DNA of 64,000 nt, taken from positions 1,896,760 through 1,960,759 of the forward strand of contig CM082576.2 of assembly GCA_040954595.2 (NCBI GenBank). Reading direction: 5' to 3'. Under the pieces are notes generated by a model. It did no database searches. It was not told the origin of the DNA and saw nothing but the letters and a program-made list of their open reading frames with translations. The position numbers and the translations under genes are program-made. Positions 1-12,351 of the stretch are shown in pieces. This DNA is from Balanoglossus misakiensis (lineage: Eukaryota > Animalia > Hemichordata). Positions within the stretch are counted from its first letter, which is position 1. Each line of letters starts with the position of its first letter.

Positions 1-819
1 TAGAGGTACAATACTCATGATACCTTCAAGGTATCAAGGTCCTTGGAAGGTATTTTGACTGTCAACATTTGTGGCTTAAGAATCAACAGAAAATTCTACC
101 ATGTGTTGGATAAAATAGTGGTACATGAAAAGTTGTGACAGCTGTCTAAAATTCGACTACTAAATACATTAGTTACAGCCAGATTGAATCCAATTATCCC
201 TGAGAACCGTTACTTTAATAATGTCATTTATTTTCAGATTTGTCTGTTACTAAATGAATAATTTGTAAATGCATGATTCATGGGTACATGTAACTTAAGC
301 ATAATACATGTGTGTCTTTAGGTTAGTAGAGTTGTCATACTGCACTGTTTATGATGAGTAATTATGGCCAAAATTCAGACACATGTTTTCATTTTCCAAC
401 CCCTGATTCAGACATTTGTAGTTACATGTACATATTTGACTCCAGTTTCCGTATTTCTGAAATATTAAATCTCATTCCATGTGTTTTGTTGATTCTCCTA
501 CTTTTAGGTATTTTTGATAGTTATTTACATATACATGTTTTTTTGTGTGACTAAAATCTATTATACTGTTTACAAAGCACATGAAATAAATTAATGAAAA
601 GTTTATAATGAGAGCTACATGTAGTGGAAAGTTCAAGTGTGACTTTAACATGACCAGAAGGGGAGTCAACATTGTAGTCAAAACATGAAAATATGTGTCG
701 AATTTTTGCATGGATTACATATTCTGTTTGCCTGGGAAAGTTTTCATGAAGCAGAAGTAGAGCTGGTCTGAGAAATCTATGATAACTTATTTTATAAATA
801 TCAATTTTAATGTTATTAG

Positions 820-3027
820 ATCTCATCAGCCAATAAAGAAGTGTTCAGGAAAACCTGGAATCCAAAATACACGCTCCGAAGTCATTTTGATGGTGTAAGA
901 GCACTTACTTTTCACCCAGTGGAGCCAGTACTCATAACAGCTTCAGAGGATCACACCCTTAAGTTATGGAATTTAGAGAAAACAGTTCCTGCGAAAAAGA
1001 GTGCTTCTTTAGACGTGGAACCAATTTATACTTTCAGGGCTCATGTGTAAGTTGTACTACGTTTTCAAAAATTACTCTTTCAGTTGCTTTGAACTTTGGT
1101 TTGCTATGTCCTATGAATATTTTCCATCATATGCTGATCAAATGGAGCACTTTGTCCTTGATGTTGTTCTTCAATAATGCTTTTAATCACAACTTTCAGA
1201 GGTGCGGTGTTATCTATAGTAATGAGTGCCAATGGTGATCAGTGTTACAGTGGTGGAACAGATGCTACCATCAGGTGTTGGAATATACCTGGATCAAACA
1301 TTGATCCATTTGATTCATATGGTAGGTATTCAATACTTTAGTTATTTGCATGTGCCTCAGTACACAGTCCAAAGAGACCCATTGGGGATATGTTGGAAAT
1401 TGCTCAATTTTATTATATTTATTAATCGTCATATTTCTTTCTTTTTTTTCTATTAGAACCAGGTGTTTTGACAGATACACTGATAGCACACACAGATGCT
1501 ATATGGGATTTGGCCTATGATTCGACTAGACATCATCTGTTATCATGTTCTGCTGACAACACAGTCAAACTGTGGAGCCCACAGAGTAAAACACCACTTC
1601 TTAACTCATACACAGGGGAAAAGGGTAAGTGAGTTTGAAATGAGCTCCATGTGGACATGTGTGTTGTTCTATAACCATACTGCTACAGTGTGTATGTGCA
1701 CGTGTGTGTATGTATGAATGATGTACATGTATGTATTTATATGTGTGTATGTATGTATTATGTGGCAATGTTGAAATCTGTGAACATTCCCACTACAGTT
1801 ATTTGCTATCACATGGCCATTTTGTTGTGAAAGGCAAAAGTTATCTTGTTTTCAATTTCTTTATTCTTGTATTTTTGTTGTTGTTTATTTAGATGATGGA
1901 ACACCTACTTGTGTTGATTTTGTGCGCTGTGATCCCAGTCAGATTGTGACTGGTTACTCTTCAGCAACTGCCGTTCTTTATGATCTTGAAACTGCCACAC
2001 CTGTACTGCGACTGGAAAATGCACAACCTGCAGGTAAGGTCAAGAGAAATAACACTTGTATACACAACCAATTACGCAGTGTCGTTTATAACCTCTATTT
2101 CATGTGTGCATATATACAGAACATGTAATCATTATTATATATTTGTCACTTTCAGATGCTGAATGTTGTCAAATAAACAAAGTAGTCAGTCATCCCACCT
2201 TGCCAATAACTATCGCTGCATATGAAGACAGACATATTAGGTTCTTTGATAATAATTCAGGTAAGTCAGAGCGCCCCCACGAGGTATGATAGTTTTGGTT
2301 GTGCCGATCAGTGTTAGAGGGCAGTATTGTTTGTGATGCAATATGCATGAATTTGTCGGAAGTTTATCAAACATCAAGTTGTGCAAAAGAAAGGGTCTGA
2401 AATTACTTGTGTTAAAAGAGTAACAGTCTGTAAAGGCTAATTAATTTTATCAGGGTTATATGTTTTGTTCATTTTGAATCAATATTTCAGATTATTTAAT
2501 TTCATTGTTTGTGTCTTCCAGGTAAAATGGTCCACAGCATGGTGGCCCACTTGGATGCTGTCACCAGTCTCTCAATTGATCCCAATGGTCTTTACCTTCT
2601 ATCGGGAAGTAAGTGTCTCATTGTATGCTTTTTAATGGCATTTCTAGAGTGATTCATAGCTATATTCACCCCTGACCTTTAACTGCTGAAATTCAAACAG
2701 GGATTCCTAACTTTGGTTTATCTTGACGCTTTTGCGAAGATTCCACCAAAAACAACCAGTGTTTTTTCAAAATATTGTGCCACAATAAAGTGACGTTTTT
2801 CGTTTGCCCAATTTCCTCAGCCTTGCACATTGCCAATAATATTTCATTCCCTTTCAGGTCATGACTGTTCTATTCGACTCTGGAACCTTGACAGCAAGAC
2901 TTGTGTCCAGGAGATCACATCACATCGTAAGAAGTTTGATGAGGCAATCTACGCAGTGGCTTTCCATCCATCAAAACCATACATTGCAAGTGGAGGAGCT
3001 GATGCATTGGCTAAAGTCTTTGTATGA
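820..3027 (+). CDS. STRN: Striatin family protein (PP2A B''' / STRIPAK scaffold), C-terminal WD40 region; the 5' part of the gene lies upstream (no earlier exon found in 1-819)
   Basis: Seven frame-consistent AG/GT exons: 820-1046, 1200-1321, 1457-1624, 1893-2033, 2156-2260, 2522-2608, 2858-3027. They encode striatin signatures RKTWNPKYTLRSHFDGVRAL, HSMVAHLDAVTSLSIDPNGLYLLSGSHDCSIRLW and the terminal ASGGADALAKVFV*. The paralog (STRN/3/4) cannot be assigned; likely a single invertebrate pro-ortholog. Confidence 0.96.
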
Positions 3028-3044
3028 TAGTGTTTAAAGACACC

Positions 3045-3050
3045 AATAAA
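3045..3050 (+). terminator. Candidate proximal polyadenylation signal for striatin
   Basis: AATAAA 17 nt after the TGA stop. The AT-rich sequence beyond it could be a longer alternative 3'UTR. Confidence 0.35.
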
Positions 3051-6000
3051 AAATATCAAGTATATGAACTGAATGAAAATAGGAGCTGTAAAAGTAAGAG
3101 CTGTTCTGCTTCTACTTCAGTGAAGTGTTGCTTCTATTGAACTGAGAGATTAGTAGAAAGTAGCCAATGCAAATTACATGACAAAATGCTCTTGTTGTAT
3201 AATAGCGTATAAGGTCACAGAGGTCATGTTGTATCACTTTCTGACATGTTCATGTTTGTATTGAGTAAGAATTCTCTGAAAGTTGTTGATACATGTAGCT
3301 GTAAATCTAGCCTGTCGGTGTAACTTTCCCAAGTGTGTTCTTCCAGTTTCACAATCATCATCTTCTATTCCTGTTCAAATATGTGGTTATGTTCGTTGAT
3401 AGTTGCACTGTTTTTCACAACCAGTCACTTTGTTGTCTTCACCTGATGTTCAGCCCATCTACTCTACAGCACTTTTTATTCAGTTTCAAAGGGTTTTGCA
3501 TTGACGGTAGTTTACAGCAAAGACGCAGTTTCTTAGCTCTAAGAATGAAAATGCAAATTTGGTGTACAAACAAACAATCAATCAACCAGTTGAAGCTTCG
3601 AGTGTGTAGCATTCTGTCCATGTTGTTATGAGTCCAAACCCCCAAAGTCAACCCACAGTGGGTGAAATATTTTTCTGAATGGAAATTTTTCCTTTGAAAG
3701 TAGTTTTGACTATACAACTGGAAAGCATGCATTGTGGTCCAATATGTATCATGTGATCTCACTGACTTTTCACATTGGAGTTTTCTTATATTTCTTGGAG
3801 GTGTAGTTTTTCCCAGTTAGTCATTAAAAGCTAGTTGTATAAAAATGCCCATGTATGAAACATCTAACAGAGATCTCTGTTAGATTATGTTAGCAGTAAT
3901 ACTTGTGTGACTGGAATCATTTAAAAAACCTTCAGGTAGATCTTCACGGGGAAGTTTTGTGCTATCAAATTTTTTGGTTTTGTTTTGGAATACATACCTT
4001 GCCATAATCAATCACCAAAGTACTGTATTTGCTTCACAGTTTTAGTTTTTTTTTTAAAGGTTTGTAAGTATCCAGCGTTGGTTGAAACGTAGCATCTCTC
4101 TGTTATATCAAATTAATGTCAGTGAATTTTTTTGAGGAAAGTGATTTTCCTTTTCCTTTTCTGGTGTGATTTTACGAATTTGTGAGAAAGTGCTATCTGT
4201 ACAGATTATCAATTAATGATATTTCTTGAAACAACTGATAGTAATCACCTCCTGTGTAAAAAATAATAACTTTTGTATTAAGCTTGACCAAGACATATAT
4301 TGGGGTCTGATTATCTTAAGATTCCATCATCTAGTATTTATTTATAAGTGTTTAGAAAGCTTTTTGTCATAATTAAAAATGTGGGTATTTCCTATTTCCT
4401 AGTAATTGTAATTTTGGGTGTCCTGTGAAATCAATTGCCCTGATTCTTTTAGTTGGTGAATTTATTTAACGTTTTATCATTTATTATTATTTTTCAACAA
4501 GAAGCAGCTCTATAGTCTAATATAACATCAGAGCCAAGCACAACATTTTAAATGTTTATTTGTTCAAAGAAAGGAGAGAAGGAAACTCATAGTGATGGTG
4601 TAATGGCAATTTCATTTTCAAGACAAATCATCTCAAGCACATGCAAGAGTCCTAATCTGTATTTAAAGAGACAGGTATCAAACATGGATGACACAATTAC
4701 TGGTAGTTACCTTTATATTCAGAAAAGAGTCACTGAAAGATGGTTGCCATGGTATCCAAGATGACTTAATATGAAGTCATGAGTTAGTGGTTTTCGCTTT
4801 CCAGTTCTATCAAAATGAAATATTGCATTGCTTTTACTGAGCGTTCACTTACACCCCATTTCTTGGTTTTGTCCGCTAATTCTTGATATATTTAGGGAAT
4901 TTAAAGGAATTTGGAAAAATCATGGAATACTCTCATATAATCATTTGAACATGCCATCACAAATTAAACAATTAAATTGGTATTTAGAAATTGGAAGCAA
5001 CTTGGTGGAATTAACCATGAGTGAACATTTTTTTGGTTTCTTTACAAATATTTGCTCTGTTTGTCAGGGTTTTTAGCTTGTGAATTCTATTTTGAAAAAA
5101 AAACCAAATGAATTAATCATATTCTCAATGCCTCAAATAATGGATTAAAAATCATTGTACAGAAGGGGAAATAACAGGGGAATCCATTCAACATTTGTAG
5201 AAATTTGGCCTGTAATTGTGCTGATGTATGTGTGTTTTTTTCTTCTCTGGATTCTCATGAGTATTTTTGACCAGGGACTGTCCCAAATGTAATATTTCTT
5301 TTCCCCTTTTTTTGAAATGTTTCTTAAGGGTTTAGGTGGCAATCAGAAGGCCAACCCAACTCACCTGTTTAAAATCTTTGATGATGCATCATTAAAACTG
5401 ACTTCATGTAATCTGTGTTTCTCCTTGTATTCTTGTCTCAACATCATGAGCCGCTGACTCATAATATCATTCCCCAAACTGTCAGTTATGTTGGATTTAT
5501 TTTCAAATATGCATGCATGAGCCATTACAAAATATAAATTGAATGTCAGTGTTAAAAAATACATAATAACTGATGTGAACAGAGTTCAAATAAACACACA
5601 TCACCATGCGTTATTAATATTAAACAGCTAGTAGAAATGAAACTTGACAAATCAAATTGACTGCTACAAAATCAAACTGGTTTTTCAAAATAAGTATATC
5701 ATACAAACCAGAACCCATTCTGTTAAAATTGCCCACAGATTTGTAATACAAGTGGGCAATTTAAATAAGTCAGTTTCCATGGTAACACATTTATTTTCAT
5801 ATTTCCCCCAGTTTTCAATGAATGATAGAAAGCATACATATAGACACGTATAACATCTTCCATTCCGTCATTCAAGAACCTCTGTAATCTCCCCTTTGTA
5901 TGATCAGTTTTTATAATCAAACCACTCTGGAAAAGGTTTACTATTACTGTTCATTTCCATGGTAACATAGTGATTTACTATATTTTGCCCCACAGTGTAA

Positions 6001-6937
6001 ATCGTTCAAATATATCACATGATAGAACTTTGACCGAGGGAGGCAGGGAGGCCTCAGTTGCTAATGTAAAGTATAGGAATTTTAGTGAGTACTCTGCAAA
6101 TGTAGTAATTAATTGCTCCACGATTTTTTTCTGAGGTGAAAGACAAGCACTAGATAAGCAAATAAACGTTTGAAAATTTGTTAATCAAGAACAGATAACG
6201 TAATAATAATGGGTTTTGTGTAGTTTGTGAGGTTCACTTGGGTATTTCATCCAAAATTCAGTAATATTTTTGTTTCTTTTATTCGTGATGGCCTTTAGAG
6301 CTGACAACAACCTTAGTTTTGTGATTGTTTGGGAAGACCCACTGTACTTAGATCATTACAAAAGGTTTCCTGACAGAAATTAATTTATAAGGATTGAGTC
6401 ACTTTACGAAAATGGGTGACTAAAGAAATATTTCCATTACAAGTATTGAAAAGGCAATAAAAGATATGACGGCCATGCATAATGACTTATCTCGTGACTT
6501 ATCTCGAGACATCACTGAGGAAAGGCGCCAGTTACCATGGTGAGAGTTAATCATTAGCTGCAGATGCATATTTTATAGTCACAGTTAATGAAGTTGACAT
6601 TGCCTACAGCAGCTATCTCGGTATGTATACTTAATCCATGTGAAATTTTGCACAGAAAGCTTCTCCCTAGATTTAGATCGTATCTGGTTTACAATTACAG
6701 AACAGGTGAGAGACCTTGTTCTCTTCAACCTCTTCAGTGGTAATTTCTTTTCATTTGACAAGCCCTTGTCCCAGCAATTTCTGCAGTTAGACTTGGGAAA
6801 TAATTATACGTACCAACCAACCGTACCTTTCTTCAAGGCATTCAAATAATTGAGTTTCTGCAGTCTTTTTGTCAAGCAAATAAGAAAGGACACGAATCAA
6901 TGCAAAGAAAATATTGATAGCCTGAAGCTAGATGTTG

Positions 6938-9426
6938 CTATGTGTATGTTTTCAATCCAGCCTGATACAGCTGTACTTCTTCGCTATTCGATGTTGGCGT
7001 ATTATATCCAGATGAAGGTTGTGACACTGAAGACATCGTCACCACAGCTTTGTTATCTGGGTTGTATTCGCCTAGCGTCAAGTGATAAAAACAGAAGAAA
7101 AAAATTAGAGTCCAAATTTATAGTAACATGTATCTACGGTATATATACAGTACAATCTGAAAGACAACTTGACCCAAAATTGTCTTCAAGCATCCAATGT
7201 GAAACATTTACACACTTCACATGATGGTGGACATTTTGGAGGATTAAAAAATAATGGTGTTTCTTCGTTCTTTTTATTATATCTATGAAGGAACATTTTA
7301 TCTTTCCTGAGTGTAACTCTCCAGCCTGTACAGTGAAGGGTTACTAATAAAATGTCATGAATAATCTTGAATGATGTCATGTCACCGAATTCTCCCTAGT
7401 ATTGACAAAGCTACACCATAATCCCTATTACCCACTTACTTACTTGCGCATTTGTGAGAATCGACGTTTACTGTCGGCTTAGCATCAATCTATGGCAATG
7501 AAAAGTGACAGTCTCCTTGAAAGAGTTTAATGCACAACAGCTGGGTTGCACTGAGAAGATGTCATTTCTTAGCATTAGAGGATATAATTTGACAGCTCTT
7601 TTTCAGAGTTCCAATCCTAAAATGTGACCCTCCCCTCTAGGACAAGATTGTGAAATATGAGATCCTCCTGTACCCCCCCCCCCCCTTTCTCCGGCCGCTC
7701 TCGCTATAACTGATATCTCTATATCATTCACAGGAAGATTTACAGAAGACATTTGTGTAGGCCAAGATTCAATACATGTCTTCAAAATTTTATGTCTAGG
7801 TTATCTCAGGCTTATATTTTACCTACCTGCCATTGCAACAAACGCTATCCCCCACAAAACGCTCCAAATCCATCCAATGAAAAATATCCAACACGTTGCA
7901 AGCTGTACTGCACCAACCCAGAAATTGATACAACATGTCCCAAATTTTCCGTAGCCGGTTTGACCGGGATTCGCACAGCAAAATACTGATAAACCGGCAA
8001 CAACTGTACCTGTGAAAAAATAAAACCCAATTAAATTGCAGAATGTGTAGAAGGGGCCACAGGAAAGCCGTTTTTAACTCACAAATCCATCATAGTTTGA
8101 ATTCAGAGAGACGTGACTTGTCTTGGTCTGTGCGCCTGAAGACGTTTGCTATGAATTGTTTGAAATGAACACAAATTAATTGATTAAACGTCAAAAACGA
8201 CGTTGTGTGATCTTTGTGTTTATAGCCCTAAATTGGTTGATTTGAAAATTTGATTACATTACCAATGTTGGCGTCTTATCGATTTCTCATATATTTTATT
8301 ACTATGCAATTATTGGTCGAACTGACGTTGTACAATTGATAATCTTAATATCTAATTGTTGAAAGTGATGAGAGCCAAACGATGGAATTCATACGTCATA
8401 TGGAATGGGTGTGTAAAATGGCGTACAATAAACTCTTAGATGGGAAGTGCGCATCTGGCATTTTGATCAATGATATAGCGCAGATGTGACCTTGCTTTTT
8501 GAATAAATCAAGTTGTCTGTCATCATCTGGCATTAAATGCTTAATTCTTCAAATAAGATACATAGATATTAAACGATATGACGGAAGGGCGGACACATCT
8601 TAGCTAAGACATGCAATCTCTGACCATGAATGGTAATTTTCAGCTTCCAAAATGTCATATTCTGTAAAATCATTTTATGCATATACTCCGGATTTCCCGA
8701 AATCGTCCTCTCCGGAATACTATTCTGTTGGGAATTAGATTGAAAACGTCTTGTCCAAGACACCAGGACCCAATGACTAAACCAGGCACAACAATTCCCA
8801 AATACATGTATTTCCCTGAAAAACATGAAGATCACCTTTTGAGGAGCGTGACAGTAATATAGATTGAGATAAAGCTGTAGCAATATTTCATCAATATCTA
8901 GACAACTTATCACCGCGTATACGTCATGATCCTAACATCAATAATATCTCCAGGGAAGCGACGAACCCTTTATACATGGTTATTGATACCCACTTTCAAA
9001 TTGATTTAAACCAACGTGAACAGATTTCAAGTACGTACGTACAGACACACATACACGCACGCACAGACACACACACACAAAGATACACACACACGCATAA
9101 TGAAGCTTCCATCCAACATATTCAAAACGGCAAGTATCTGAAATCTGAGATAGATATATGCCATGAAATTTGCCTGTGTTCATACACTGTACAAACATAA
9201 TATGACACAAAGAGAGATGCAATGCCTTACCTAGTCCAGGTATACATATATTGAATACCAAACAAGTAATGGCAGCGGCGATATGCATGGCTGGAATGGC
9301 TGCACGCAACTGACTTGGTTTTGCAGTTTCGGCTTTTACCGAGACAGCCTCAGTCACCACTGGTTGGTCATATGTCATCACCATTTCTTTCATCATCTTG
9401 ATTTTGTTAAAAGTATCCTCCGACAT
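6938..9426 (-). CDS. SPEC3/stum-family small membrane protein, ~170 aa
   Basis: Exons 9426-9231, 8009-7827 and 7071-6938 (phase 1 junctions, canonical sites) splice to ...RAAIPAMHIAAAITCLVFNICIPGL|GTVVAGLSVFCCANPG...CCINFWVGAVQLATCWIFFIGWIWSVLWGIAFVAMA|GEYNPDN...KTYT*. This matches the AIPxM-NxxxPGLGT-QLxT-GWIWSxxWG pattern of SPEC3/stum. The last exon is the least certain. Confidence 0.88.
8640..9110. repeat. Degenerate interspersed repeat ending in a (CA)-rich microsatellite, in intron 1 of the SPEC3-like gene
   Basis: Imperfect (CA/CACG/CAGA)n tract at about 9040-9097, preceded by sequence resembling the core of microsatellite-bearing non-autonomous elements. Boundaries are approximate. 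Confidence 0.35.
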
Positions 9427-12351
9427 ACAATAAGCGGCTTTGAATAAAGTGTTGGCGATTGTTATTCATTGTCTTTCAGGTGATGGAAATGAAGCTTTCA
9501 GTAGCACAACATTCGTCCGGGATATCAATCAAGCCGGTTGAATTTTCTCAACAACTATCCACACGCGAAACACGACTGCTTCAGTTTACCAGAACTGACA
9601 CCATATCCCGATCACTGGAGACAAATGTCTTCAATTATTTTCATTCCATACAGCAGTACTGGGTAGACAATAACAAGTCCTACCTGCACTGATCCATTGT
9701 AATTTTTACAATAAATGACATCGCCGAGGACTGCTTGCTTCAACAACACTGATAGCAGTGAACTCAAACTGCTTGACAGATTCTATAATTGATAAATACA
9801 CATCGACGTTAAAGTAGGCCGATGTCGATGCACGCCACATTAGAGCAGACCTACACCCATACAGTCCGAACACATCCGAGATTGGAAATTAAACTGCTCA
9901 CTGAACAGTCAACTTGTTTCTGATCACAAAGATGACTGAAGAACACAGGCCGTCCTTTCCGAACAATCGCTACAATTCAAGTCAACACATACGTTGGTAG
10001 GGAGACAATGATGTAGTTAAGATGAGGATAGGTGTACAACGAACCTTCTTCACTACATCGGTCCTCCTTATCACTATTTGGATATACTCAGCGGGCTTGC
10101 TCAGTCTGCACAGGATAACCAATCGTGTGTCGTATTGTTCAGATGGTGTCTTTGTTATGCAGAGTATCCACAGGATCTCACATCAGGCTCCGTCTTATTG
10201 TGTTTAACCAAAACAGTCGAACTGATAAACTAGATATTTTCACTCGATTTGCCATTATAGACATAAATAGTACAAGAGTCTGTTGACGTGATTTTTTCGT
10301 TCCTTCTGTTCAGATACAGATGGACGCAGCATGTATGATGGACCCAAATTCACACTGACATTATAATATTCATGTAAAGTCGAAGCAGTAAGCAAATGTG
10401 ACGCGTTGTTTCATCTAATTACAGCTAACGCGCATATTACGCGATTTGATAAAATCCAGCTTCCTTGTAATACTGGAAAGTGTACTGATATGTCCAATAA
10501 ATCAGCGAAAGTAGTTTATGGTCAAAGGTCACTCCAAATGCTCGATTGTACTGACGTCAATCGTCGAATCGAGGCGAGTGTGTGCTATCAACACCGTAAT
10601 GAAATGAGCAACCGGAGGAACTAGATTCATGTATTCATTCAGATAATAAGAGAGTGTGGCGCAACAACTAACATAATGCGTTCTATCCGCTCTCGGTGAC
10701 AAATAAAAAGCGTAACACCTTACATGAAAAACAAGGCGATCACTATTTATTAAGTCAAGCTCCAATTTGCTTCTGGGGGTCGCACATAATCCCATCTTGC
10801 TTTATTATTCAGGTCACCTCATCCATTCCATGTACAGAGCTTCTTGGTGGCGACAAATGTTATACTCTCGTTTTCGTGTGCATTTTATAGCCGAAATTAA
10901 CAACGAAGGCTTAAACCTCTCTGAGGAATAGAACAATAAAATTATTGTGATGTTCGTACAGATGTCATGTACCCAGGCGGCCACACAACAAACGAATGCA
11001 ATTTTCTCGCATTTTATATTGCGGATATTTCAATGTCTACATCATCTTGATATTTATTATGCATTATGGAACAATACGCTAGGGTATTCACCGTATGCTG
11101 ACATAAATCCGTTCAGTTCAGTTCAAGCGTAAAGTAGCCCACACAGATCTCAAGACTAAATATTTAATCAGCAAATTTCCTATCGTATGTACGTATACGT
11201 ACGTACGTACGTATGTATGTCGATGTTCATAGATATAATATTATTTTGGAAGCATATCGGAGAAAACAGTATGGTAAAAGACCATTGTTGATGACACTGG
11301 CCCTAAATGTTGCGTTGATGATAAATTGGCATGAGAAGCAGGATGAACCCGCCTAGGATATAAAATGGCCCATCCCTAAATTAACAATATTCAGGTCAGA
11401 GTCATTATAAATATGTTTGTGTGATTTCGAGGACCAAATATGCAGGTAGTACTCGATGATTTAAAATTGTGACTTATAAATTTATAAACGTCCAAGTAAT
11501 TTGGTTTCTTTCTCCTTTTCCCGCGTTGACATACATGTACTAAAAAGTAATAGAGCGATTAAGCGATTGTTGCATGTGCGGGATCTCTTAAATGCATTTG
11601 TCCTATTTAGAACCAGGAATTCAAAACAAGTCTATAAACAACCATCATCGTATCTCTTCTTCAATGGATCTGTTCACTTGTATAGATACAATTGTTTACC
11701 CCACACATCGGAAAGGTTATAACCCTGTAATGTATGAAAAGAGTCTCCAAGCTTAAAAATAGCGTACATCCAGTTAAAGGATGGACCGTTTCATATCTGG
11801 GGGAGGGGCTGGAGGTTTTAAAAAAATGTTGCTATCATGATTCGGCTGTGACAAAATTGTTTGTCTTTGCATTGAACTGAAATAAGCTTAATTTGCTTCG
11901 AAGTAACACAAAAACTGTCAACATCATGGTCAATAATTTGCTTCTGTGCCCATACCCTCCAGTGCAAATATGGTTTACCCCGAAAGACTTGTTACTTCAT
12001 TAAATTGGCATTAAATTCCTACTCTTGGTGGCGGGATCGGGGAGTGATTTATTTCTAGGACGTCGTGTCACTACATGAAAATGCGAATGCCAGATCGTCG
12101 TCGAAAAATGCCAGGAATGATAATGACCGTTCTCGCAGAACACTTAGATCCAAAAGGTCCAGTCGGATAACCCTCTCGATTTATTGGTGTTTTATGAAAG
12201 AATACCCGGAGCGGGCTTCCAATGATATCGAGACTCGCGTGTATGGGGTCAACTTTCGTTAATCGACTCTTCCGTCTTCTGCAGATGACACTGGAACCTG
12301 GGACGTTGAAAGAAAGTGCTTCAAAGTTCTCCAACTCCGTTCTGTCAAATC

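Noticed and set aside
12316-12351. ORF-track start of the esterase at GTG 12316
   Set aside because: Non-AUG bacterial-style call; ATG 12352 gives a plausible signal peptide.
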